This document shows positions 38,162 through 47,692 of a stretch of 64,000 nt of DNA, in pieces; within the stretch, counting starts at the first letter, position 1, and each line of letters opens with the position of its first letter. Origin of the DNA: Rubripirellula sp. (GTDB lineage: Bacteria; Planctomycetota; Planctomycetia; Pirellulales; Pirellulaceae); the NCBI GenBank assembly GCA_965216875.1, contig OZ244207.1, positions 5,536,001 through 5,600,000 of the forward strand. The letters run 5' to 3'. Below the pieces are notes generated by a model. The model did not search any database and was not told where the DNA came from. It worked only from the letters and a program-made list of their open reading frames with translations. A program made the position numbers and the translations under genes.

Positions 38162-39835
38162 CTACAGATCGTCGCGTAGCTGGTCAAAGTACTGCTGAGC
38201 GTGCTCGCGTTCGGTCCGCGGCAACGTTTGATTCTCAGCTGGGTCACTTTCCTTGCTCAGCTCCGACAGGATCGCTGCTTTAACAGCCTCACGTGTGACG
38301 CCCTTTCGGTTGGGACCATCGGCAAAGCCCGAAACGATCGCTTTGCCTTTCTTGACGTCACCACGAACCTGAGTTTCGTACGTGTTGGTTTCACCTTCGA
38401 GCTCGGGGCGGTCACCCGATCCGTTGCCTTTGCCAAGCCCATCGCCTTGGCCTTGTCCTTGTCCCTGCCCCTGGCCAAATCCTTGACCAAAACCATTGCC
38501 TTGGCATTGTTGGCATCCGGCGCCTCCACAACTCTTGCATCGCATTTGGCTTTGCGACTGCGACAGCTGATCCATCGCCGATTGCAGGTCTTCAAGCTCG
38601 GACATTTGCTGCTGCATTTCCCCAAGCTGATCGGCCATCTGTTGCATCGCGTCAGCGGCCTGCTGGGCATCGCCCTGCTGCATGGCTTGCTGAGCGCGGC
38701 TCATCGATTCGGCCATTTGTTGCATCTGACCCATCTGTGAATCTTTCTGCGAAAGCTCGTTCATCTTTTGTTGCAGACGAGCAGCTTCCGCACCGTCACC
38801 TTTCGAGCGAGCTTGATCGATTTGACGCTGCAGATCTTCTTTTTGCTTTTTGTGTTCTTCAACCGCCTTCTGCATGGCGTTCTTCATCTGCTCAATCTGT
38901 TTCTTGAGCTGCTCTTTTTGCTGGTCCGAAAGCTTGCCATTTCGAATTTGGTTGGCCAGTTGCTTTGCCATCTCTTTGGCCTTGCCAAATTCGCCCTTTT
39001 CCATCGACTTGGCAACCTTTTCGCCAGGTCCCGATTCGAGTCCCTTCATTTGCGACATGGCTCGACGCATCTGGTCGGACGAACCTAGTTTTTGACGTCG
39101 CTCTTCAAGTTGTTTCTTGAGGTCGTTCAGCGCGATCATGGCCTCCTTGCGAGTCATGTCCTGCCGCTTGGTGATCTTGTCCAAGTCGGCTTCCATCTTC
39201 TCAAACAGCTCGCGTGATTCTTTCAGACCATCACTTTCAGCCTTCTTGCGTTGCGCTTGGATGCGTTTCTTGAGCGCGGATGCAGCCTTTTGAACCTGCG
39301 ATACTTCCATCGCATCGACTTTCTTGGTGCTGCTTGCGTCAGTCTCCTTTGCTGGCTCGACCAGCAACAGAACGATGGCCAAGACAGGAACGACCGAAAC
39401 TGGCAACCAACTCATCTTGGTGGGCCGCAACAGGAAACGATCTGAAATCGAAAGTTGCCCTGCTCGCTTTTCGGCGTCAGCCGTCAATGCGATACCGAAA
39501 TCCGTTTCTCGCTCGGTCTCTTCAAGCGTCATCGAACTGCTGAGGCGTTCTTTGAGTCCAAATCGCTTGTCGACTTCGGCAGCGACCGATTCGGCCGATG
39601 GTGCGGTCATCCATGCATAGACAGCCGCAGCGATCAATGCGGCACCCGCACAAGCGCCAATCCAGCTGTAAACCCAAGTATTGAAATCGACATTCATCGC
39701 CCGCAGTGCAGGTAACGAAATCGCAATGGTGGCAACGAGCAGACCAGCGAACAACGTGACGCTCAGCACGTGACCGAAACGCCCCAAAATAAGGCGGCGG
39801 CGAGCACTCTGGACTTGGCTTTCAACTCGGTTCAT
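38162..39835 (-). CDS. Membrane-anchored long coiled-coil protein with a Cys4 motif and Gly-Gln repeat
   Basis: Three N-terminal TM segments, GLKERLSS, K/E/Q/M-rich heptads, CKSCGGAGCQQC, (GQ)n and C-terminal LPRTEREHAQQYF. Confidence 0.8.
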   Translation of the reverse strand: MNRVESQVQSARRRLILGRFGHVLSVTLFAGLLVATIAISLPALRAMNVDFNTWVYSWIGACAGAALIAAAVYAWMTAPSAESVAAEVDKRFGLKERLSSSMTLEETERETDFGIALTADAEKRAGQLSISDRFLLRPTKMSWLPVSVVPVLAIVLLLVEPAKETDASSTKKVDAMEVSQVQKAASALKKRIQAQRKKAESDGLKESRELFEKMEADLDKITKRQDMTRKEAMIALNDLKKQLEERRQKLGSSDQMRRAMSQMKGLESGPGEKVAKSMEKGEFGKAKEMAKQLANQIRNGKLSDQQKEQLKKQIEQMKNAMQKAVEEHKKQKEDLQRQIDQARSKGDGAEAARLQQKMNELSQKDSQMGQMQQMAESMSRAQQAMQQGDAQQAADAMQQMADQLGEMQQQMSELEDLQSAMDQLSQSQSQMRCKSCGGAGCQQCQGNGFGQGFGQGQGQGQGQGDGLGKGNGSGDRPELEGETNTYETQVRGDVKKGKAIVSGFADGPNRKGVTREAVKAAILSELSKESDPAENQTLPRTEREHAQQYFDQLRDDL

Positions 39836-39990
39836 CGCAAGAATCCCGTCAGAACGAATGGGTCTGGGCGTTGTCTTAGTTTCAAATTGTCGGTTATTCG
39901 GTTGCGGGCGCAGGAGCGCCGTATGATAAGTATAGGGTGGATCGGCACACCCAATTGAGGCCGAATTTCCCGAATTGCCGAAGAATTGAG

Positions 39991-40419
39991 ATGCTCCGCA
40001 GGCCTTCGCTTCCCGACCCAGACGCACTAACCACTGCTGACGTCGTGATTTACGACGGCGAGTGCAATTTTTGCCAAGGTCAGGTAGCTAACCTTCGGCG
40101 ATTTGATGTGGGCGGTCGTCACCTCGCCTTTCTCTCGCTCCACGACCCCCGAGTTGCCGAGCGTTACCCCGATCTGAGCCACGACGAACTGATGGAACAG
40201 ATGTACGTGATTGACGGTAAAAATCGTCGTCACGGGGGTGCGGATGCCGTGCGATACCTCTCACGCCGACTGCCGCTCCTTTGGCCGATCATGCCGATCC
40301 TGCACATTCCCGGGACGGCCAGATTATGGCGATGGATGTACCGGCAAGTCGCCAAGCGTCGCTACAAAATCTCGGGACGATCCTGCGACGGCGATTCGTG
40401 CAGCGTCCATTTCGACTGA
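39991..40419 (+). CDS. DCC1-like thiol-disulfide oxidoreductase (DUF393)
   Basis: VIYDGECNFC (DxxCxxC), GADAV and YRQVAKRRY motifs. Confidence 0.88.
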   Translation: MLRRPSLPDPDALTTADVVIYDGECNFCQGQVANLRRFDVGGRHLAFLSLHDPRVAERYPDLSHDELMEQMYVIDGKNRRHGGADAVRYLSRRLPLLWPIMPILHIPGTARLWRWMYRQVAKRRYKISGRSCDGDSCSVHFD

Positions 40420-40507
40420 GAACGTTGGTGAGAACGCCGGGGGCTGTACTTGAACGCCCTCTGTCTTCAGGGACTCGTAGCCTCGTCCACTACCGAGCGT
40501 GAAGATT

Positions 40508-40531
40508 GGTGCGTGCAAGCACACACCCTAC
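40508..40531 (-). repeat. REP-like family D copy
   Basis: GGTGCGTGCAAGCACACACCCTAC, an exact match to the family D unit. Confidence 0.85.
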
Positions 40532-40547
40532 GAAACGACTCTTTCGG

Positions 40548-41348
40548 TTACGCGAACCAGTCGACCGCGTTCTTGAACATCGCAAGTCCGTCGCCGTGTT
40601 CTGGCTGCTCTTTGCGACGTGTCCACGTCGGGTGTTGCGTCGCATCGATATGTCGTTCGGGATGCGGCATCAAACCAAACACGCGTCCGGTTGAATCGCA
40701 GACGCCAGCGACGTTTGCATCAGCGCCATTGGGGTTCATCGGAAACGGAAGCATCTCGTTTTGGACGCCACCCTCGGGACCGTCACAGTAGCGAATCGCC
40801 AACCGTCCGGCATTGCCCAGTTCGTTCAACACCGATTCGCCTGCTGCCACAAACTTGCCTTCGGCGTTTGCCATCGGCAGGTACATTCGCTCGATGTCTT
40901 TGAGAAAGACGCAGGGTGTTTGGTCAACGGCCAAGTGCACCCAGCGATCTTCGAACCGACCATGGTTGTTCCAGGTAAGTGTGGCGGGAGTCGTGTCTTC
41001 ACCTCCAACGCCCTCGGTCAACACGCCCAGCCGCATCAAGACCTGCATGCCGTTGCAGATTCCGAGCACGAGACGGTCGCCGTTGCCATGAACAAAGGCA
41101 TCGACCATGTCCGACAGGTGCCGCCGCAGTCGAGATGCAAGAATCCGCCCGGCTGCGATGTCGTCGCCATAGCTAAACCCGCCAGGAACGCACAGCACTT
41201 GGTAACGATCCATCAGGGCCGGGTTTTCGATCAACCGATTAACGTGCACACGTTCGGCTGTCGCACCAGCTCGCTCAAACGCATGCGCGGTCTCTTCGTC
41301 ACAGTTGGTGCCTGGGGCACGAAGCACTAAAACGCGAGGAGAGGCCAT
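40548..41348 (-). CDS. purQ: Phosphoribosylformylglycinamidine synthase, glutaminase subunit
   Basis: PGTNCD, PGGFSYGD, LGICNGMQ, NPNG and GLMPHPER motifs. Confidence 0.95.
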   Translation of the reverse strand: MASPRVLVLRAPGTNCDEETAHAFERAGATAERVHVNRLIENPALMDRYQVLCVPGGFSYGDDIAAGRILASRLRRHLSDMVDAFVHGNGDRLVLGICNGMQVLMRLGVLTEGVGGEDTTPATLTWNNHGRFEDRWVHLAVDQTPCVFLKDIERMYLPMANAEGKFVAAGESVLNELGNAGRLAIRYCDGPEGGVQNEMLPFPMNPNGADANVAGVCDSTGRVFGLMPHPERHIDATQHPTWTRRKEQPEHGDGLAMFKNAVDWFA

Positions 41349-41500
41349 GTGTCGTCGTTAGGGGGTTGGATAAAGGTCGGGCATTGGCACGGATTGTCGG
41401 CCAAGATTCTTCCGGCGAAGTTTACGCTCGAAGCGATTCTTTGAGAACCACGTGAGGTTCACCGCAGCGCTGATCCCGTCCTCACCGCCGAGGCAGCCAG

Positions 41501-41547
41501 AAAAAAGCCCCGGTGAGCCAAGCGTTGGCCGTTTCGCCGCCAGGGCT
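41501..41547 (-). terminator. Possible intrinsic terminator after the 41546-43000 gene
   Basis: On the minus strand an imperfect AGCCCTGG...CCGGGGCT stem is followed by a T run, starting at the stop codon. Confidence 0.45.
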
Positions 41548-43000
41548 AGGGGCGTTCTATCTTCACTTGAAGCCGTTCATGGCGGGCGTCCCAGCCGACG
41601 ACCGTGCCGCGGCCCGTCCACAGGTCGCGACCGATATTCTCGAATTCGTCTGCCAGCTCATGGGGGATGTAAAGGACCAATGGTAGAGCGGGATCACGGT
41701 AGCGAGCCCAAACCGCGTAGCCATCCTTGTAGACGTGTGGATCCTCCGCGCCGGTATACAACAACCGCCGCTCGACAATCGCCTCGATCGAGAAGGTCAA
41801 TCCTGTGACCGCTTCGACCAGCATTTCAACTTGATCGCGATCTTCGCGAGAGGCCCAAAGATGAGCGGCGGTCTCGGCGAAGGTGAGCTCACCACCGGAA
41901 ACCGACGGAGGACTCGACGGAGGACTTGAAGCCGGCGCAGAACGGGTGGCGGCCGGCGAGCCAAGTTGAGCCGCATCGACGGGACGTGGCGATTGCTCAG
42001 AACTCGACGCGTCGTCAGGGCTGGATGAGGGCACGACCGTCAGCGTCAGGTCTTTGCTCCAATCGGGCCAACGTGGAATGTCGACTCTCAGTTCCACGTT
42101 CCAGATCAAATCATTGTCGTCCAAATCAAGCGAATAGGGCGCGTCATCAGGCAACGTAAAATCGAGCTTGTATTCTTTCGGCGCTCCGGCCTGCAGCGTC
42201 GTCGCCTCTTCCAACGTCACGATCCGCTCGAAGAAAACCTTTTTGTGCGTGGTCCGATTGCTACCACTTCCGCTCACCACCTGCTCTCGAGCCTCGATCT
42301 TCATCGTGATGCCGTTGACGTTGACGTTTCGTCTCGGCTGCAACGCCAACTGACCACCAACATGACCACCTGGCGTCAACGTTTCTTCATCAAGGTAGTA
42401 GGTCACTTCGCCCAACAATCGTTTTGGCAAAAAGACGCGAACAAACCAAGTTCCAATCCCGATTGCACAGATCAAGCCAAACAAGATCAGTCCGCACGGA
42501 AAGGTTGCGACGGCGACAAAACCACCAATGCCAAAGAACGCCAACAGAATCACCGAGACCACGACCCAAGCGACAAGACCGCCGGTCTGCTTCGTCACCG
42601 ATTCCTTGACTTCGTATTCACCTGCACTGCTTGGACGCATCAAGAACGGCGCAGATGCTTTGGGATCGAAGCCCCATGGGATCTTTGCGCGCGCGTCAAC
42701 GTAATGATCGACGTTCAAATAATGGCCGTGATAGCTGGGAGGCCAATTTGCGACCTTGAGTTCGAACCGGTACGACTCCGTTTGACCCGCTTTCCATTCG
42801 CCCTCATAGAGCGTGAGTGAGGTTTCAGTACCAGTGTCGACATTGCCGCGACCGTGAGTCTTCCACCCCGAGGTGACCTCAAGACCCTTGCAATTGACAT
42901 CGGCATCAGCGCGCACATGAATCACACCGGTGATCGTCTCGCCACCGTTGTAAACGCGCTGAGGTTCATCCAGTTCAATCGATAAATCGCATTTCGCCAT
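41546..43000 (-). CDS. Arrestin-like/SpoOM-type beta-sandwich membrane protein
   Basis: Two similar arrestin-N-like halves (GGETITGVIHV...PPSY...DIPW-like and PGGHVGGQL...APYS...DIPRWPD) separated by two TM helices. Confidence 0.68.
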   Translation of the reverse strand: MAKCDLSIELDEPQRVYNGGETITGVIHVRADADVNCKGLEVTSGWKTHGRGNVDTGTETSLTLYEGEWKAGQTESYRFELKVANWPPSYHGHYLNVDHYVDARAKIPWGFDPKASAPFLMRPSSAGEYEVKESVTKQTGGLVAWVVVSVILLAFFGIGGFVAVATFPCGLILFGLICAIGIGTWFVRVFLPKRLLGEVTYYLDEETLTPGGHVGGQLALQPRRNVNVNGITMKIEAREQVVSGSGSNRTTHKKVFFERIVTLEEATTLQAGAPKEYKLDFTLPDDAPYSLDLDDNDLIWNVELRVDIPRWPDWSKDLTLTVVPSSSPDDASSSEQSPRPVDAAQLGSPAATRSAPASSPPSSPPSVSGGELTFAETAAHLWASREDRDQVEMLVEAVTGLTFSIEAIVERRLLYTGAEDPHVYKDGYAVWARYRDPALPLVLYIPHELADEFENIGRDLWTGRGTVVGWDARHERLQVKIERP

Positions 43001-43661
43001 GGTGAAACTTCTGAGCTTGAACTCGTTCGTAAAGGTACCCTTCGATACCGCGAAAATCACATTCGAAACGCTGCACGAGCGTTTCAGCATCCTGCACAGA
43101 CAATTCCGGCACAGGGCCCGCGGCAAGTCGCGACGCCTCGATGCGCCGATTCAGGACTTCGGCCAGCAAACGCGCGTCGTTACCTTGTCCAATACATTCG
43201 GTATGAACTTGATAGCCAAATCGCCGCAGCGACCGAGTCAGATCTCGATGCGTTGCAAGCACCAAAGGTAGCCCCGTCGCAAAGATCGACCTGCGTACGC
43301 GTTTGGGCAGTCGCTGAGCTTCGTCGACTAGCAGCGGACTCCCCTCAGCAATCGCCGGGCACGGTTCGTCCTCGGGAAGATAGACGTAGTGAGCATCTGC
43401 GAATGATGCAGCCAACACCAACATGCGTGTCGTCTTTCCGCGACCACAATCTCCGATGAATTGAACTGCCGTTTTTGGTTCGCTCAGTTTTTCACGAATC
43501 GCAGCCACATCAACGACCGCAACTTCAACGCGTTCGGCGCGCGTCAATTCACCAAACGGATTGCGACGTAGATTGCACCATGCCCACGGCAACCAACCAC
43601 CCTCGGCGCGATCCGTTTCGGATGCGGCCGATGTTAAGTTTGTGTTGCCAACGTCAAGCAC
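42975..43661 (-). CDS. Small P-loop NTPase (AAA+/DnaA-Hda-like)
   Basis: RRNPFG, Walker A GDCGRGKTT, Walker B LLVDEAQ and LNRRIE. GTG start at 43661 chosen from an upstream AAGGA. Overlaps the next gene by 26 nt. Confidence 0.72.
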   Translation of the reverse strand: MLDVGNTNLTSAASETDRAEGGWLPWAWCNLRRNPFGELTRAERVEVAVVDVAAIREKLSEPKTAVQFIGDCGRGKTTRMLVLAASFADAHYVYLPEDEPCPAIAEGSPLLVDEAQRLPKRVRRSIFATGLPLVLATHRDLTRSLRRFGYQVHTECIGQGNDARLLAEVLNRRIEASRLAAGPVPELSVQDAETLVQRFECDFRGIEGYLYERVQAQKFHHGEMRFID

Positions 43662-43744
43662 GGCGATCAAGTCCTTGGGAAGAGCCGGACAGGATGAAAG
43701 ATTGTGGGCTATGATGCTCGCTTTGACCCCAACGATGCAACCGG

Positions 43745-44470
43745 ATGAACCAAACACAAGCCGAATCGAGCTTGGTAAAGCGAAAAGGCAGCTTCTCGCT
43801 GCGTTTTCTTGTGCCGACCCTGCTGGTCGCCTGCGGCATTGTCCTTCTCGCATCGGGAATCGACATTCGCGATACCCAACAATGGCTGCGATCCTTGGGG
43901 ATTTGGGCGCCCTTTGCCTTTATCTTTATCGCAATCGCCCTGATGTCCGTGCTGTTGCCCAAAACAGCGATTTCAGTCACCGCAGGCGTCCTGTTTGGGA
44001 CGACAACAGGCAGCGTGCTGATGGTGATCATCGCCGTCACAGCCGCGACCACAAACTATTGCATCGGTCGCTGGTGGCTCAAAGATTCCATTGACCAACG
44101 TCTCGACACTGCCGCGACCGACCAGGGCAAAACGCGATTGCTGAGGACCATTCGCGACATGGCTGGAGATGCAGGTTTCTTCTCGCACCTGCTTGTTCGA
44201 CTTGCCCCCATTCCCACGATGGTCATCAGCTATTCAATGGGAGCGGCTGGCGCAAGAGTACGTCCCTACCTGTTGGCAGCCGCCGTCGCTGTCATTCCTC
44301 AAATGTTATGGGTGCACAGCGGAAGCGTAGCCACCTCGATCGGAACCGCGGACTCAAACGTGGCACAATGGACCGGTGTGGTCGTTTCAGTCATCATGGC
44401 GATCCTAATCAGCATCCTCATCCCGCGTGCAGCGATGAAACGGCTTGCTGAATGTTCATCCTCTCACTGA
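43745..44470 (+). CDS. TVP38/TMEM64 (DedA/VTT) family membrane protein
   Basis: LGIWAP, AGVLFG, YCIGRW, VRLAPIP and SYSMG motifs with multiple TM helices. Confidence 0.85.
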   Translation: MNQTQAESSLVKRKGSFSLRFLVPTLLVACGIVLLASGIDIRDTQQWLRSLGIWAPFAFIFIAIALMSVLLPKTAISVTAGVLFGTTTGSVLMVIIAVTAATTNYCIGRWWLKDSIDQRLDTAATDQGKTRLLRTIRDMAGDAGFFSHLLVRLAPIPTMVISYSMGAAGARVRPYLLAAAVAVIPQMLWVHSGSVATSIGTADSNVAQWTGVVVSVIMAILISILIPRAAMKRLAECSSSH

Positions 44471-44498
44471 ACCCCCTCTCACTGAACCGCATGCTACG

Positions 44499-44957
44499 TT
44501 GAACGAAACCGACTCCTCAAAACTCCCTTCCAAAGAACGGTCATCGGTCTACGAATCAGCAATCGACCTGTGGGTCGCAGTGCTTCTGTTCATGGGCCCA
44601 GCCTTTGCATCAGCGGTCGCCATCTACCTGCTGAGCGTGCAAAAACATAGCGAAGCATCGCTGATGTTTGTTACCGCTGCGATCACCTTGGTGGTTACCG
44701 CCGCATTCACCATGCCCTGCCGCTACACGTTGCTCGAAGACACCCTTTCGATCCGCTGCGGAATCATCTTCTACCAAGTTTCTCTGGCCGACATTGAAAA
44801 AGTCGAACGCAGCTCGAGCATGAAGAGCGCCCCTGCCCTCTCGCTATCACGTGTCGCAATCAAGACCGCAAAGCGAACCTACTTGATTTCGCCAAAAGGG
44901 CGCGAGGAGTTCATCGTCGAACTGAAAAAAGCCCTTCCGAAAAATCCCGACGCTTGA
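44499..44957 (+). CDS. Bacterial PH-domain membrane protein
   Basis: SAIDLW, two TM helices, then LSIRCG..ADIEKV, SAPALSLSRV and ISP motifs. Start uncertain (44445-44499). Confidence 0.75.
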   Translation: MNETDSSKLPSKERSSVYESAIDLWVAVLLFMGPAFASAVAIYLLSVQKHSEASLMFVTAAITLVVTAAFTMPCRYTLLEDTLSIRCGIIFYQVSLADIEKVERSSSMKSAPALSLSRVAIKTAKRTYLISPKGREEFIVELKKALPKNPDA

Positions 44958-44969
44958 GCCCACCAGCGC

Positions 44970-45032
44970 TGTTTGTCGTCCCGGCTTTGTCGGGTTGTGA
45001 GAAGATTCCGGCTGAAGCCGGTACTGCGAACG
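44970..45032. repeat. REP-like family B copy
   Basis: GAAGATTCCGGCTGAAGCCGGTACTGCGAACG with an upstream inverted arm, between convergent genes. Confidence 0.72.
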
Positions 45033-45052
45033 GCACGCGGTACCGCATTCTT

Positions 45053-45895
45053 CTAGTCGTTGGCGCATCCCAATTCGTCATGACGACGAAACACGAATTC
45101 GTTGCAGCCCCATCCGTTACCAACCGTCTTGATTCGATCTAGAACGAAGCCGCGTCTCCGCAGCGGCATGATCACGCGATCGGGCGTCGCCACCTCGAAC
45201 GGCAAACCACCGATCCAATCGACCCAGTCGTGCCAAGCCGACATGCCGCGGTCTTTCTTCTTGGCCTTCCAATCCGCAAACGGCAATGGGTTCTTCAACC
45301 GCGCGACACGCGCCAACACGAACTTGGCCTCGTACCAGCCGGCAATGACCAACACCCAGAGTGGCCGAATGACTTTAGGCAAACGATTGTAAACTCGCTT
45401 GATCTTTAGCCATCGCCGACTTGCACTCCCTTGGTCGTTGTAGATCGCGATGAAGAAGTGCCCCTTGTCCGAAACACAATCCGAAGCAATTCGAATCGCC
45501 CGATCCATCTCACCCGTATGGTGCAGGACGCCCCACGAATAGACGACATCGAACTTCCCGATCGACTGCATCAACGTGTCATCAAGGACAGAACCTTGGC
45601 CGACGTCCCAGCGACGATGGGACAGGTCGGCGCCATAGGTGCTTCGCAAATGCTCGGCACATGCTACCGATTGGTTGTCAAAGTCAATTGAAACGACATC
45701 CGCTCCCAACCGATGCGCCGCAAGCGAAAAAAGACCACTCCCGCTGCCGATATCAAGAAACGATTTTCCTGCGAGCGATTCGACTTGCAGCATCTCTTTA
45801 AGAGAAACCACAGCCTGATCGATCCGTTCTTGGTCCAATGTGTCCAAGAAGGATTGCCAGTTCTTTCCGAATTCAAATCGTTCTGAATCACTCAT
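45053..45895 (-). CDS. Class I SAM-dependent methyltransferase
   Basis: RFEFGKNW, FLDIGSGSG (motif I) and FDVVYSWGVLHHTG. Confidence 0.9.
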   Translation of the reverse strand: MSDSERFEFGKNWQSFLDTLDQERIDQAVVSLKEMLQVESLAGKSFLDIGSGSGLFSLAAHRLGADVVSIDFDNQSVACAEHLRSTYGADLSHRRWDVGQGSVLDDTLMQSIGKFDVVYSWGVLHHTGEMDRAIRIASDCVSDKGHFFIAIYNDQGSASRRWLKIKRVYNRLPKVIRPLWVLVIAGWYEAKFVLARVARLKNPLPFADWKAKKKDRGMSAWHDWVDWIGGLPFEVATPDRVIMPLRRRGFVLDRIKTVGNGWGCNEFVFRRHDELGCAND

Positions 45896-46106
45896 ACACG
45901 ACTACCGGTTCCCCGCAATTCATCGCTCTAAATCAACGCCATCGTAGATGCAGATCGAGGTTGCTTCCGATCGAAAAAACCGCCTGAATATGGCGAATTC
46001 GTCGATCACTTCCTATCGGCACGATCGTATAGATTGAAGGGAGCCGCCAAAAGACCCAGGCGGCCGCTTCACGCAAATGGTTTCGCACTGGTCAGGGAGC
46101 ACGCCC

Positions 46107-47540
46107 ATGGATTTCGCCGCTTGTTCACGTCGCCTCGTTGTACTCGCCATTGTCATTCTTGCAGCTCTCTGGCCAAGCTTTGCAATCGGCAACGAAGCCA
46201 AGAGCACGGTGATCCAAGACGTTCCGCATGTTCGTCAGAAACCTGATTTTTGCGGCGAGGCCTGTGTCGCCGCTTGGCTTCAAAAACTTGGAAGCACCCT
46301 CTCCCAGGACGACGTCTTCAATGTCTCAGGCGTTGACCCCGCGCTCGGTCGTGGTTGCTACACACGTGATCTCGCCAACGCGTTGCGTCAACTCCGATTT
46401 GACTGTGGCCCCGTCTGGCACACCATCGAACCAGCCAAGAAAGAGGTGCAACTTGCAACGCTCTGGCAAACGGTTGCCAAGGACCTCGCTGATGGCACTC
46501 CCTCGATCATCTGCATGCGGACCAGCAATGACGCTTCGGCGACCGAACACTTTCGATTGATCCTCGGTTACGACGCAACTCGCGACGAGGTGATCTACCA
46601 CGAACCCGCTGCCGATCGCGGCGCTTACCATCGAATTGACCGCGAAGAGTTGATCGACCTTTGGCCTCTCAAATACACCGCCGACAAATGGACGGTCGTT
46701 CGCTTTGCCCTACGCAGTACGAACCTTCCCGCGTTGCCTCAACAATCCGGCTTCACCAGCGCGGACTACGCCCAACACATCATCGAACTGAAACGACGTC
46801 TACCGGGCAAAGAGTTCAAGGTGCTTGTCGAACCGCCGTTTGTTGTCGTCGGTGATGAATCGACCGCCCGACTACGTCAACGAAGTGAGCGAACGGTGCG
46901 TTGGGCGACCAAGCGACTCAAAGATTCCTATTTCTCGAAAGACCCCAACCAAATCCTCGACATCTGGCTTTTTAAAGACAAAGTCAGTTACGAGACCAAT
47001 ACGATCCACCTGTTCGGTAGCTTGCCGACAACACCGTATGGGTACTACTCATCAACCGATGGTGCCTTGGTGATGAACATCTCGACTGGCGGCGGCACAC
47101 TCGTACACGAAATCGTTCACCCGTTCATCGAGTCGAACTTTCCGGCTTGTCCCTCATGGTTCAACGAAGGACTCGGTTCACTCTACGAACAAAGCAGTTC
47201 ACGTGACGGCAAGATCATTGGCCTCACCAATTGGCGACTCGCCGGACTCCAGCGCGCAATCAAGGCAGGATCAGTCCCGTCATTTGGCCAACTCTGCGGA
47301 ACGACCACCAACGAGTTTTATCGAGCAGACCCTGGGACCAATTACGCCCAAGCTCGCTACCTCTGCTACTACCTGCAAGAACACGGATTGCTTCGCAAGT
47401 TTTATCACGACTTCGTCAAGAATCACAAAGCCGACCCGAGCGGCTATCAAACGCTCAAGCAAACACTGAAAGTCGACGACATGGATGCGTTCAAGAAAGA
47501 CTGGGAAGCGTACGTGATGAAGTTGCGTTTCGAGAGATAG
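46107..47540 (+). CDS. Exported C39-like cysteine peptidase fused to an HExxH (DUF1570/MA-like) metallopeptidase domain
   Basis: Signal peptide; VPHVRQKPDFCGEAC, HFRLILGYD and YHEPA; then TLVHEIVH and PSWFNEGLG. Confidence 0.78.
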   Translation: MDFAACSRRLVVLAIVILAALWPSFAIGNEAKSTVIQDVPHVRQKPDFCGEACVAAWLQKLGSTLSQDDVFNVSGVDPALGRGCYTRDLANALRQLRFDCGPVWHTIEPAKKEVQLATLWQTVAKDLADGTPSIICMRTSNDASATEHFRLILGYDATRDEVIYHEPAADRGAYHRIDREELIDLWPLKYTADKWTVVRFALRSTNLPALPQQSGFTSADYAQHIIELKRRLPGKEFKVLVEPPFVVVGDESTARLRQRSERTVRWATKRLKDSYFSKDPNQILDIWLFKDKVSYETNTIHLFGSLPTTPYGYYSSTDGALVMNISTGGGTLVHEIVHPFIESNFPACPSWFNEGLGSLYEQSSSRDGKIIGLTNWRLAGLQRAIKAGSVPSFGQLCGTTTNEFYRADPGTNYAQARYLCYYLQEHGLLRKFYHDFVKNHKADPSGYQTLKQTLKVDDMDAFKKDWEAYVMKLRFER

Positions 47541-47668
47541 ACGTAGGTGCGGTACGACAAACATCCGCGGCACATCCGTGTGATCCGCGTTATCGGTGGT
47601 TCCCTTTTTCTAATTGATCGTGAGCGAATCACCGTCGGCACGCATGGCGACCAGCGAGAAGAAGGCTA

Positions 47669-47692
47669 GGTGCGTGCAAGCACACACCCTAC
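47669..47692 (-). repeat. REP-like family D copy
   Basis: Exact match; overlaps the stop codon of the FGE-like gene. Confidence 0.85.

Noticed and set aside
44460..44488. Tandem CCTCTCACTGAACC duplication at the VTT/PH gene junction
   Set aside because: There are only two copies, most likely a local slippage duplication around the stop codon, with no evidence of function.
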